Shown here: piece by piece, positions 28,416-38,765 of the stretch
Numbering within the stretch: the first letter of the stretch is position 1
Layout of the letters: the number at the start of each line of letters is the position of its first letter
Origin: Methylococcaceae bacterium UBA2780
GTDB taxonomy: Bacteria; Pseudomonadota; Gammaproteobacteria; Methylococcales; UBA2780
Length of the DNA: 64,000 bases
Direction of reading: 5' to 3'
NCBI GenBank assembly: GCA_002352345.1
Contig: DEIG01000011.1
Location: 46,801 to 110,800, forward strand
Translations under genes and position numbers: made by a program
The notes under the pieces: generated by a model
Database searches by the model: none
Told to the model about the DNA's origin: nothing
What the model saw: only the letters and a program-made list of their open reading frames with translations

Positions 28416-30460
28416 TAAAAATAACGACAACAAATGAAGCCGCCATGAATCGCATTCAGCCCGTTTTTTATATAGCTTCTACGTTATTAAGTCTCTTGGC
28501 ACTGTTTTCATCCCCCATCTTTGCTGGCCACAGTAGCATTGAGGATCCTCTTGATAACTACTACCTCGATCAAATTCCCGTCGTTCTTTCTGCCACCCGC
28601 CTAAATCAACCGCAGCTGGAGGCTCCCGCTGCTGCCACCATTATTGACCGCGAGATGATTAAGGCTTCTGGCCTGAAAGAAGTTGCCGAGTTGTTTATGC
28701 TTGTTCCCGGTATGCAGGTTGCGCACACAAACGGTAATTACCCAGCAGTAACCTATCACGGCCTTTCAGATGAATATTCACGACGGATGCAGGTTCTAAT
28801 CGATGGAGGTTCAATGTATATCCCGACCGTTGGCGGTGTTCTTTGGAGCGACCTTCCACTACAAATAGAAGATATCGAACGTATCGAAGTGATCCGTGGC
28901 CCCAATGCGGCAAGCTTTGGGCCAAACTCTTTTCTTGGCGTAATTAATATCATCACAGCCCATGCTTCTCAGGACAGCGGGCTCATGGTTAAAGCAACAA
29001 AAGGTGAAAGGGGCTACAACAAACTGTTGTTGCGCCAGGCTGGCTCTAATGGTGACCTCGATTACCGTCTGAATGGCTCATATTTGGAGGATGGCGGCCT
29101 CTCAACACTTCACGACAGCCAGAGAACAAACAGTTTTAATGGCCGGATAGATTATCGCGCAACAGCGCACGATACCTTTCAACTAAACTTTGGCGTTAGT
29201 GAGGGGCCAAGAGAAAAAGGAAATGATGAATTGCCTCATCATAGCCAACAAAGGAGCGCTTTTTACCAAAGCCTGCGCTGGGAGCACCAGAAAAACAGGA
29301 ATGAAAACTTCACACTAAAATTCCTTTATAACTACAGCGATACTTCGGGCAGTTATTTCGATGATTTTGGTAGTGGCGGAGTAATTACAGCCAATATAGA
29401 TGACTCTAGAAAAGCAGAAAGGTTTGACTTGGAGTTTCAACATACTTCGAAACCGAGTGAGCACACCCGTTTTATCTGGGGCCTAGGTGCTCGTCATGAC
29501 CGTGTGAGAATGCCTCTATGGCTTAATCAGAAAGATTATGAAAGCAACATCATGCAGCGGGTTTTTGCCAATTTTGAGTGGCATATTTTCGATAACTTAA
29601 TTCTCAATAGCGGAACACTATACGAAAAAAATAGTATCGTAGCGCCTGAGTGGTCTCCAAGAGTTGCATTAAATTATCTTTTTTTACCAACACAATCCTT
29701 CCGCTTAATCGCCTCACGCTCGCACCGAACACCTGATATTACTGAAAAAGAGTTAAATGTTGTAGTTCACACAAATATTGAAGATGATCAGCAATTTAAA
29801 TCGCTAAACAAGCCAAAATCAGAACGAGCAGATTACATTGAATTTGGATATCACGGAATTTTTCTAGAAAATAGATTAAATGCTGATTTTAAAGTCTATC
29901 GGCAGACGTTCCATGAATTAATCACCAAACAAAATAAAGCGTACATCTGTACTGATGGCACAGTCTTACCCACAGCAACCTGCCCACCTGGAAGCATCCT
30001 CAACCCAAACGGTGATGAATTTGACCCTTACGGAAACCTCGACTCTGCCACTACTGAAGGATATGAATTAGAGCTTAATTACCACCCTACGCGCCGCACA
30101 CTCATCCATGCCGGCTACAGTAAAATAAAAATTTTCAGTAAAGATACAGAGGAAGATATCAGTGAATCAGCCCCAACGGATAGCTTCAATTTATTAATCT
30201 CCCAAAAATTAGCTAATCACTGGCAAATCAGCAGTGCCTTTTATTACAGAAGCGAAATGGAATGGCTGCTCTCTGGGGGCCAACTAGATGACTATAAACG
30301 AATCGATTTCACGCTTTCAAAAATGTTCAGGCTTTCCGAAAAAGAAGAGCTAACACTCTCTTTTACCATGCAAACTGCCCTAGATAAGAATGAAGAATTT
30401 AGCGATGACAATGAGTTCGATAACCGTGGGTTTTTAGAAATTGAATATCAACTTCAATAA
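28412..30460 (+). CDS. TonB-dependent receptor (paralog 2)
   Basis: 682 aa, colinear with paralog 1 (LSATRLNQPQLEAPAAATIIDREMIKASGL, RIEVIRGPNAASFGPNSF, the same C-terminal ...NRGF.EI.Y..Q). Its start overlaps the upstream stop (ATGA). An alternative start is Met12 (MNRIQ). Confidence 0.85.
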   Translation: MIKITTTNEAAMNRIQPVFYIASTLLSLLALFSSPIFAGHSSIEDPLDNYYLDQIPVVLSATRLNQPQLEAPAAATIIDREMIKASGLKEVAELFMLVPGMQVAHTNGNYPAVTYHGLSDEYSRRMQVLIDGGSMYIPTVGGVLWSDLPLQIEDIERIEVIRGPNAASFGPNSFLGVINIITAHASQDSGLMVKATKGERGYNKLLLRQAGSNGDLDYRLNGSYLEDGGLSTLHDSQRTNSFNGRIDYRATAHDTFQLNFGVSEGPREKGNDELPHHSQQRSAFYQSLRWEHQKNRNENFTLKFLYNYSDTSGSYFDDFGSGGVITANIDDSRKAERFDLEFQHTSKPSEHTRFIWGLGARHDRVRMPLWLNQKDYESNIMQRVFANFEWHIFDNLILNSGTLYEKNSIVAPEWSPRVALNYLFLPTQSFRLIASRSHRTPDITEKELNVVVHTNIEDDQQFKSLNKPKSERADYIEFGYHGIFLENRLNADFKVYRQTFHELITKQNKAYICTDGTVLPTATCPPGSILNPNGDEFDPYGNLDSATTEGYELELNYHPTRRTLIHAGYSKIKIFSKDTEEDISESAPTDSFNLLISQKLANHWQISSAFYYRSEMEWLLSGGQLDDYKRIDFTLSKMFRLSEKEELTLSFTMQTALDKNEEFSDDNEFDNRGFLEIEYQLQ

Positions 30461-30501
30461 CTAACTTTATAACTAATCAATGACTTTCAACAAAAACAGC
30501 G

Positions 30502-31491
30502 ATGAACATGGACGTTCAACAGAGACAGCAACAAATTAAAGAGGGAAGCCTCTCTGCTAGAAACTATCATTTTTTTATGATGATGGTTGCTGCTTTCAGC
30601 TTTCTACTTTTCTCATCCGCTAGTCTGGCAGAAAAACTGATGATTATCGGCGATATAAATCAACCCATTCACCAGCAACTCATCAACGGACTGAAAAAAG
30701 AGTTCTCGCAAGCGCCTAATAGCTTAACCGTCGCGCACCCAAACCAAATTACTAAGAACTACTCACCAGTAGCTAAAGCAGAACTGATAATCTCTTTAGG
30801 GCTGTCCGCTGCAAAATCCACGAATAATTTAACATCAGATACACCGATTTTTTATACGCTTTTACCTAAATCACTAGCCAACCGCTTCATCGACTGTGTA
30901 GCACAAACCTGCACACAGAAAAGGAGCGCTCTGTTCCTAGATCAGCCTGTGGCCCGACAGCTTAACCTTATCAAACTGATTTTCCCTGAGGTAAAACAGA
31001 TATCGTTCCTTTACGGTGACTTTTCAGCCACTTCTGCCAAAGAACTCAGCAAACTTTCAAAACGCTCAGGCTACGAAACACATAGTGCCCATGTTAAAAA
31101 TGGAGACGAGCTCTCCAGAAAATTGAATCAACTTTTACAAGAGTCTGAGCTCTTCATCGCACTACCCGACCCCCTCATTCATAATCGTCAATCAATCCCG
31201 CAGCTTTTACTGAGCACCTACCGGCACAATATTCCAATTTTTGGTTTCTCGAAATCTTACGTTTCAGCTGGCGCCATTGCCGCTGTCTTTTCTAGCACGA
31301 ACGATCTAATTCAAGAACTCATTTCCACCATTAAAACCCATGAAAAAAGTGGCCAACTACCCAGAGGAGGGAGCTATCCAAGCCAATATCGTGTAGAAGT
31401 GAACAGGGATGTAGCTCGCAGCATGAATCTACATACCCCCCCGCCAACCCAGCTGCATAATGGACTGTTAGAGCTAGAAGCAGGTTCATGA
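30502..31491 (+). CDS. Periplasmic ABC-type substrate-binding-like protein (COG2984/PF04392-like)
   Basis: 329 aa with a signal peptide (MMMVAAFSFLLFSSASLA). The overall pattern, including IPIFGFSKSYVSAGAIAAV, resembles the uncharacterised ABC_sub_bind family. No ABC permease or ATPase gene is adjacent. Confidence 0.5.
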   Translation: MNMDVQQRQQQIKEGSLSARNYHFFMMMVAAFSFLLFSSASLAEKLMIIGDINQPIHQQLINGLKKEFSQAPNSLTVAHPNQITKNYSPVAKAELIISLGLSAAKSTNNLTSDTPIFYTLLPKSLANRFIDCVAQTCTQKRSALFLDQPVARQLNLIKLIFPEVKQISFLYGDFSATSAKELSKLSKRSGYETHSAHVKNGDELSRKLNQLLQESELFIALPDPLIHNRQSIPQLLLSTYRHNIPIFGFSKSYVSAGAIAAVFSSTNDLIQELISTIKTHEKSGQLPRGGSYPSQYRVEVNRDVARSMNLHTPPPTQLHNGLLELEAGS

Positions 31492-34208
31492 GACTTCCAC
31501 AAGGCATTCGGTTTCAACTATTAATACTAGTTGTTCTTCCCGCGTCGATATTGGCATTTAGCCTAACTTTTTGGTTTGTTCAAACACGTATTGATGAGCT
31601 CGATAAGACACTATCTGAGCGAGGGGAAATTATTGTAAAAAACCTTTCTCCAGCCTCTTTATATGGAATATTTTCTGGGAGCGACTATCTCCTTCAACGG
31701 TTAACTGACAGCATTATTCTAGAATCAGACGTTGTTGATGTTTCTATTTTCAACAAAAAAGGTCAACGTCGCGCCTACTCAAAAAAAACGAATCCCCGCG
31801 ACAACACTCCAGTTAATGAGCTTTCCTATTTTAGCCATCCCATTAAGTTATCCATTTTAGAAAATGTAGAGAATGACCCTCTCTCTTCACTCATCGATAT
31901 TTCAAAAGAAAACAGACAAATTGTTGGTGAAGTCAGAGTCACATTGTCTCGAGCAGGTACATTAGAAAGCCAGAGAGAGATTATTTGCACGAGCATAATC
32001 ATTACAGGCTTAGGCCTCCTAATTAGCCTTCTATTCGCCTACAGGATCTCCAGAGGAATTAGTGACCCCATTCTAGCGCTAACCAACACAGTAAATCAGG
32101 TTTCCAAAGGTGACCTTTCTATTCGCAGCAATATTAATGCGCTGAAAGAGCTGAATGAGCTAAAACAGGGATTGAATGTTATGGCTGAATCCCTAGAAGA
32201 AAATCAAACACAACTAAAATCCAAAATTAAATCTGCGACCCTTGATTTGAACCATTCCCTCCATGTACTGGAAAGCAAAAATAGACAGCTCAACCAAACA
32301 CGTCAACAAGCAGAAGAGTCCAGCAGGCAAAAATCTCTATTTCTTGCGCACATGAGCCATGAAATACGCACCCCAATGAATGGTATATTAGGGTTTCTAC
32401 AGATTTTAGGTGACAGCTCTCTCTCTCCAGCCCAATCAAGCCAGCTGCAACTCATTGAAACATCAGCCAGTAATCTGCTCACTATCATCAATGAAATCCT
32501 TGATCACGCCGAACTCGAATCAGGCAACCTTAAACTCACCTTTTCTAGTTTTGATCTTCGGCAATCAATCGAGGAGACAGTCGCTCTATTGGCACCGTTA
32601 GCGCACAAAAAGAGGCTCAAGCTCGTTGTATTAATTGATGAAGCAGCCCCCAATCTTTTATACAGCGACCCCATTCGCCTGCGGCAAATTCTATTTAATT
32701 TAATCGGGAATGCTATTAAGTTCGCTCCATCAGGAGAGATAATTATTCGCCTGAGAATGCAAAATAGTTCATTACTGTTCACAGTCTCTGACAACGGCCC
32801 AGGTATCCCCTATAAAGAGCAACAAAACCTCTTTGCTCCGTTTACTCAAATTGATACAGCTGAAGAGTTTCCACCACCAGGCACTGGGTTAGGGCTCAAT
32901 ATTGCTCAAAGCATCGTCCATGCACTCGATGGGGAAATAGGGTTCGCCAGCAAAGAGACTTATGGCACAACATTTTGGTTCACGCTTCCTCTGGGAAATA
33001 GTGATCAAAAACCTGCCGAGAAAAAGGCTCAAGCTACCCCACCTCAACATGCTCAACCAAAGCAGGTTCTATTGTTTGACAAAAACAGACTCACCCAACG
33101 CGCGATCCACCAACAACTAGCTTCAATCGGGGTAATTTCCACAGAGATCAACTTGGAAGGGCTAAAAAAAATAGCTTTTGATAATGAGCTAAACAGCTAC
33201 GACTGCATTATTTTGAATGGTGACAACAACCAATCCATAGAAAACCTGGAAAATCACTTACCAATTTTGACCTTGTCATACACCTCCCTAAAAAACAGAA
33301 ACTTATCCAACACAGGTCGCCACTTACAATTACCTTGCACCCAAACAGCTCTCCTAGAGGCGCTCATAAACTCACCTAACAGACAAGAGCCATACCAATC
33401 TCAAGCTCATGAGTTAAAAATTGAGCGCAGTAACCCGCAACCTCTAAAATTTCTAGTTGCGGATGATATTGAGATTAATCGTCTACTCCTAATCGAGCAG
33501 ATTAAACGACACTGGAATGCCTCTATTGTTGAAGCAGAAGATGGGGAAGAGGCTCTCAAGACACTAAAGAGGCAAGCTTTTGATCTAGTATTTCTTGATC
33601 TACGGATGCCTAAAAAAAGTGGCCTGTCTGCTTTAAAAAGCTTAATGGCTACGCCTGGAGCCTTAAATCAAGAAACCCCTTTTATTGCTATCACCGCCTA
33701 CCTTCCAGAAGATTCTACAGAAGAGTTAATTACGGCAGGATTCTCAAAAATCATCTTAAAACCGTCTTCAGAAAAAGATTTAGTAAAAACCGTCAATAAG
33801 CTGCTAAAACTCAATAACAAACCACCTCGCCAATCTGGTTCACCCCCCCCCATCTCACAAATTGAAGAGCGCTCATTTTTTGACCGTCTGATGATTAAGG
33901 TAGGTGGAAACCAAAAACTTGCCTTCTCACTGCTCAGGAAACTAAATGAGGATTTGCCCCAGCAGTTAGAAGTTGCTCAGCAAGCTTTTAAAGGTGGTGA
34001 CTTAAACGAGACCAAAGAAGCTGTACACAAAATCCATGGTACAGCCCGCTATTTTGAAATGTCTGAATTAATTAAACAGGCAAACGAACTTGAAACTACT
34101 CTAACTAAAGCAGATCTTGAAAGTGCAACTGCACTGTTTCCCCTTTTCGAAAAAGAAACAGTGCAGTTTATTGTGTTGAACCAGAAGACTATACAAAAAC
34201 CTTCTTAA
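31488..34208 (+). CDS. Hybrid sensor histidine kinase (periplasmic domain-HAMP-HisKA-HATPase-pseudoREC-REC-HPt)
   Basis: 906 aa. Two TM helices flank a roughly 140-aa periplasmic segment. Motifs: H-box HMSHEIRTPMNG; N/G boxes NLIGNAIKF, DNGPGIP, GTGLGLNIA; receiver LVFLDLRMPKKSG; C-terminal HPt HKIHGTARYF. Its start overlaps the upstream stop. Confidence 0.9.
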   Translation: MRLPQGIRFQLLILVVLPASILAFSLTFWFVQTRIDELDKTLSERGEIIVKNLSPASLYGIFSGSDYLLQRLTDSIILESDVVDVSIFNKKGQRRAYSKKTNPRDNTPVNELSYFSHPIKLSILENVENDPLSSLIDISKENRQIVGEVRVTLSRAGTLESQREIICTSIIITGLGLLISLLFAYRISRGISDPILALTNTVNQVSKGDLSIRSNINALKELNELKQGLNVMAESLEENQTQLKSKIKSATLDLNHSLHVLESKNRQLNQTRQQAEESSRQKSLFLAHMSHEIRTPMNGILGFLQILGDSSLSPAQSSQLQLIETSASNLLTIINEILDHAELESGNLKLTFSSFDLRQSIEETVALLAPLAHKKRLKLVVLIDEAAPNLLYSDPIRLRQILFNLIGNAIKFAPSGEIIIRLRMQNSSLLFTVSDNGPGIPYKEQQNLFAPFTQIDTAEEFPPPGTGLGLNIAQSIVHALDGEIGFASKETYGTTFWFTLPLGNSDQKPAEKKAQATPPQHAQPKQVLLFDKNRLTQRAIHQQLASIGVISTEINLEGLKKIAFDNELNSYDCIILNGDNNQSIENLENHLPILTLSYTSLKNRNLSNTGRHLQLPCTQTALLEALINSPNRQEPYQSQAHELKIERSNPQPLKFLVADDIEINRLLLIEQIKRHWNASIVEAEDGEEALKTLKRQAFDLVFLDLRMPKKSGLSALKSLMATPGALNQETPFIAITAYLPEDSTEELITAGFSKIILKPSSEKDLVKTVNKLLKLNNKPPRQSGSPPPISQIEERSFFDRLMIKVGGNQKLAFSLLRKLNEDLPQQLEVAQQAFKGGDLNETKEAVHKIHGTARYFEMSELIKQANELETTLTKADLESATALFPLFEKETVQFIVLNQKTIQKPS

Positions 34209-34228
34209 GTGACGCCCCTTTATGGTGA

Positions 34229-36730
34229 CTAGCCCTTCATACCATCCATAAGCGACTGAGCCTCTGCCTTTTGCTCATCACTTCCTTGCGCCATGATTTC
34301 TTGAAGAATCTCCTTTGCTGCATCCTCATCTTCCATATCCACATAGGCTTTAGCGAGATCCAGCTTTGTCTCAACTTCATCCATATCGGTCAAACTTGCA
34401 GCAATGTCGTCTCCCAAATCAAGATCAGGACTCTCTTCTTCAACCTTAGATTCAGACTTCTCCTCTTCTTCAGGAGAGATCATTTCAAAATCAAAACTAA
34501 AGCCATCATTTTCTTCTTCGGCCTGCTCACTGCTCTCTTCAGCTTTTAATTCCTCAGCCTCTTCCTTAACCTCTGACTCTGAAAGATCAAAATCCACCTC
34601 TGAGGCTTCCTCTCCACCCATCTCAGCACTAAAGTCGATTAGGTTATCGTCATGTTCATCAGTAGAACCGGATGCCGCCTCTCCATCAGCCAGATTAACG
34701 TCAACGTCACCGGCCTCTAATTCAGGTAGCTCAAGAGATTCTTCTGTAATAGAAGCATCAACAGCTAATTCATCATTAACCTCTTCTACCTCTTCAAGAG
34801 GGAATGGATCATTACCTTCTTCGGAGGAAAGCTCATCAGAGAGCGTTTCATCTTCGGCAAACAAAGTATCCTGCGTCTCTTCCTGCTCACTCTGAAAGAG
34901 AGCCTCTTCTGGGCACATGTCTTGGCCCATCTCTACCGCCCTCAACCACAAATCAGAGTCAGAGCCTGCAACGTCAGCATGAATCTCTTTTGCTAACGAG
35001 AGGAAAGCATTTTTATCTTCAGTGGCAAAATGTATTTCGAGCAACTTAAGTTTGTACTCTTCATTTGCAGGATCATTCTCAATGGCCTGGCGCACCAAAT
35101 CTTCTGCCTGCTGATAGCGGCCGTACGCAAGGTAAACATCCGCCTCGGTGATTGGATCGACTTCATCATTATCACTTTCGAGCGTATCAAAATCGCTAGG
35201 TGTAAACTCGCTCAAAAAAGAGCTTTCAGCAGGAATACCGGCTTCACTCTCGCTGCTATCGACAACGGGGGCAATCAATTCATCACTTGGGGCCTGCTGA
35301 TCATCCGTTGCAACCAAAATACTTTCTGCAGCGGTAAAATCTTCCTCAAGAGCCTGCTTGCGGCGTCTTGCAATAGCAACAATCGCAAGAACAAGTATAC
35401 CAACCCCTCCCAACCCAAGATAAACAGGGTCCTCATAAAATGGTGTTTCTTGAGCAGGTGGAGGGCTTTCGGCATCTGTTTTTTCTACTTCGGGTTCAGA
35501 TTTAGGAACCTCCGCAACAATATCCGCACTTGGCTCACTGTTTTCAACCACCTCAGTTACTGCCTTATCAGCAATCACCGCTTCACTTTCTTGGTTATCT
35601 TGCAACGCTGCAAGTTGCTCGTCTTTTAATACAAGCAACCTCTGCATTGTCGATACCTGCTCTTCAAGAGCAGCCATTCGCTTCTGGATATCTTCATTTT
35701 CCTGGCGTACAGTCTCGGAAATCTCAATGGCTTTGTCAGCCACAGATGCGGCACTATTACCGCCCGCACCCGAATCTTGATCGGCAAGCCCAGAGGCACT
35801 CAGCGCCTCCTCATCTGTTGGCGACATCAGCGTTAGTTGGCCCGCATCCTGCTCCTTATCCGAAGGCAGCAACAGCTCTTCCGTTATCTTCTTTTGTTTA
35901 GAAGATTCAACATCTGAAACCAAAGCAGGAACTTTTGCAGTCCAGATTTTGTAGTGATCAGAAAACTCCCTCCTCGCTTCATGCCTAGTTAACCGCCGAG
36001 CCTCTTCGCTCGTTGGAACGGCTAATGTTTGCCCTCTTTTTAAAGCGTTAACATTCTTCTTGTAAAAGGCCTCTGGGTTTTTCTTGTACAGCGCCATCAT
36101 CATCTGCTCTTGAGAGACAGATGAGTCACCATTAACCTCTGTAGCAACAGCCCAAAGCGTGTCATTTTTTTTAGTCGGGCCGTATTCTGCCCCAGCCGAA
36201 TTACTGCCTGAGCGCCCTGAGTACGACGAAGAGTAACTACTCTCTACACTACGTTTTATCGAAGATGGTTTTTCAGCCGAGCGGCGAACTGCTGGTGCTT
36301 TTTGTATGGCAGTTTCTGTTTCTCTTAATGTGACAGGGGGATCTAGAAGAACTGTAAACTCCTTCAGTGCCCGCCCTTGAGGCCAGTTCACCTCAACTAG
36401 AAAGTTTAAAAATGGTTCTCGAATAATATCATGCGAGGTCACCTTAACAGAAAGGGATCCATCTGCCATGACAACAGGCTTAAAGCGAATATTTGAAAGA
36501 TAAAAGTAACGTTCAACTCCCGCACGCTTAAAAGCTTCTGGTGAGGCCAAAGTGACCTTAATGTCAGAAGATGATTCAGAGCGTGAGGCAACCAATGCTA
36601 TTTTTGCATTTAGTGGCTGATTCAAAGCCGAATGCAGTTCAATATCACCAACCCCTAAGGCAGCAACTCCCATTGGCGCCAAAAAGGTTGCTGCTGCCAA
36701 TGTTTTAGGTAGTCTCTTCACTTTATTCAT
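34229..36730 (-). CDS. fimV: FimV/HubP-family polar organising protein
   Basis: Features: signal sequence, conserved N-terminal LNQPLNAKIAL block, LysM-like segment (YGPTKKNDTLWAVA), single TM (YLGLGGVGILVLAIVAIA), very acidic cytoplasmic half, TPR-like repeats, and a FimV C-terminal motif (LDLAKAYVDMEDEDAAKEILQEIM). It is adjacent to an asd-family gene, as in Pseudomonas. I place the start at ATG 36730, directly preceded by GGAGGA, not at 36763. Confidence 0.85.
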   Translation of the reverse strand: MNKVKRLPKTLAAATFLAPMGVAALGVGDIELHSALNQPLNAKIALVASRSESSSDIKVTLASPEAFKRAGVERYFYLSNIRFKPVVMADGSLSVKVTSHDIIREPFLNFLVEVNWPQGRALKEFTVLLDPPVTLRETETAIQKAPAVRRSAEKPSSIKRSVESSYSSSYSGRSGSNSAGAEYGPTKKNDTLWAVATEVNGDSSVSQEQMMMALYKKNPEAFYKKNVNALKRGQTLAVPTSEEARRLTRHEARREFSDHYKIWTAKVPALVSDVESSKQKKITEELLLPSDKEQDAGQLTLMSPTDEEALSASGLADQDSGAGGNSAASVADKAIEISETVRQENEDIQKRMAALEEQVSTMQRLLVLKDEQLAALQDNQESEAVIADKAVTEVVENSEPSADIVAEVPKSEPEVEKTDAESPPPAQETPFYEDPVYLGLGGVGILVLAIVAIARRRKQALEEDFTAAESILVATDDQQAPSDELIAPVVDSSESEAGIPAESSFLSEFTPSDFDTLESDNDEVDPITEADVYLAYGRYQQAEDLVRQAIENDPANEEYKLKLLEIHFATEDKNAFLSLAKEIHADVAGSDSDLWLRAVEMGQDMCPEEALFQSEQEETQDTLFAEDETLSDELSSEEGNDPFPLEEVEEVNDELAVDASITEESLELPELEAGDVDVNLADGEAASGSTDEHDDNLIDFSAEMGGEEASEVDFDLSESEVKEEAEELKAEESSEQAEEENDGFSFDFEMISPEEEEKSESKVEEESPDLDLGDDIAASLTDMDEVETKLDLAKAYVDMEDEDAAKEILQEIMAQGSDEQKAEAQSLMDGMKG

Positions 36731-36809
36731 TCCTCCAGAAATCGAAGCTTTCCTTCGTCCCACAAATTAAAATCCAGCCCATCAGGGCAAATAGTCTCTT
36801 CAGACTAGT

Positions 36810-37832
36810 TTAAAAAAAGTTTTTTACCAGTAATTCCGCAATCTGAACGCTATTTAAGGCTGCTCCTTTACGAACATTATCTGCGACCACCCACATATTA
36901 AGACCATTTGAATATGAAATATCTTCTCTAATACGCCCAACAAAAACATCATCTTTTCCAGATGAATCACCAACCGCCGTAGGATAGCCGCCATCTTCAC
37001 GTTCATCTAGCAACGTAATACCGTCAAATTCTGACAAGAGTTTCCTAGCTGTTTCTGTTGTGATTTTTTCTTTTGTTTCAATATGAATCGCTTCAGAGTG
37101 ACCATAAAAGACAGGCACTCTAACCGCTGTTGGATTTACCAAAATATCCTCATCTGAGAAAATCTTTTTTGTTTCCCAAACCATTTTCATCTCTTCTTTT
37201 GTATAGCCATTTTCGAGAAAAACATCGATTTGTGGAAGCACATTGAAAGCAATCTGCTTTGGATAGACTTCTGCCGTAACAGGCTTGCCATTAAGCAGTT
37301 TAGCCGTCTGTGTTGCAAGCTCTTCAATCGCCTCTTTTCCTGTTCCAGAAACGGCTTGATAGGTTGCAACATTAATTCGTGTAATACCAACAGCATCATA
37401 AATCGGCTTCAAAGCAACCAGCATCTGAATTGTCGAGCAATTTGGGTTTGCGATGATTCCTCTTTTTTTATAATCACCAATCGCCTCTGGATTCACCTCT
37501 GGAACCACTAAAGGGATATCCTCTTCATAACGAAAATGCGATGTATTATCAATCACAACACAACCTGCCTCAGCTGCTTTTGGGGCATAAACTTCGGAGA
37601 TGGAACCTCCGGCAGAGAAAAGGCCTATCTGGGCTTTAGAAAAATCAAACTCAGCAAGGTCTTGAATAACAACCTGCTTCCCTTTGAAACTAATTTTCTT
37701 TCCAGCAGAACGGCTGCTCGCTAAGGGGTAAATTTCTCCAACTGGGAAGTTACGCTCTTCTAAAATTGAGAGCATTGTCTCACCAACCGCACCTGTTGCA
37801 CCAACAACAGCAATATCGTATTTTTTACTCAT
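36810..37832 (-). CDS. asd: Aspartate-semialdehyde dehydrogenase family protein (short, 340-aa type)
   Basis: N-terminal VGATGAVG Rossmann motif, active-site NPNCSTIQM, 340 aa. Confidence 0.88.
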   Translation of the reverse strand: MSKKYDIAVVGATGAVGETMLSILEERNFPVGEIYPLASSRSAGKKISFKGKQVVIQDLAEFDFSKAQIGLFSAGGSISEVYAPKAAEAGCVVIDNTSHFRYEEDIPLVVPEVNPEAIGDYKKRGIIANPNCSTIQMLVALKPIYDAVGITRINVATYQAVSGTGKEAIEELATQTAKLLNGKPVTAEVYPKQIAFNVLPQIDVFLENGYTKEEMKMVWETKKIFSDEDILVNPTAVRVPVFYGHSEAIHIETKEKITTETARKLLSEFDGITLLDEREDGGYPTAVGDSSGKDDVFVGRIREDISYSNGLNMWVVADNVRKGAALNSVQIAELLVKNFF

Positions 37833-37939
37833 CTTAAACCTTGCCTTCTTAAACTTAGGCTCTCATCCGATTAAACCACCGGAGATACACCCTAATTAAA
37901 TAAAAACCAAATTCTGCCCGCCAGCAGGCTTTACATAGT

Positions 37940-37970
37940 AAAAAGGCGGGCATAAGCCTCGCCTTTTTTT
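37940..37970. terminator. Bidirectional-shaped rho-independent terminator after adk
   Basis: AAAAAGGCGGGC-ataa-GCC(T)CGCCTTTTTTT, located 19 nt downstream of the adk stop on the minus strand. Confidence 0.8.
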
Positions 37971-37988
37971 AAGAGTTCAGCTTTCCTG

Positions 37989-38648
<660 letters not shown>

Positions 38649-38765
38649 TTATTATTGAACTGGGTATTTTGCCATATCCTTGACTAAAAATAAATTTCAC
38701 CCCTCAAATACCGACTAATTCCACGCATAAACAGGCTTTCTATTAAATAAGAACTAATAACAAAA

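Noticed and set aside
34271-35901. Several plus-strand ORFs (92-199 aa) opposite fimV
   Set aside because: They are low-complexity Ser-rich or Ile/Phe-rich translations produced by the complement of the GAA/GAT-rich acidic coding strand. The minus-strand product has clear FimV landmarks.
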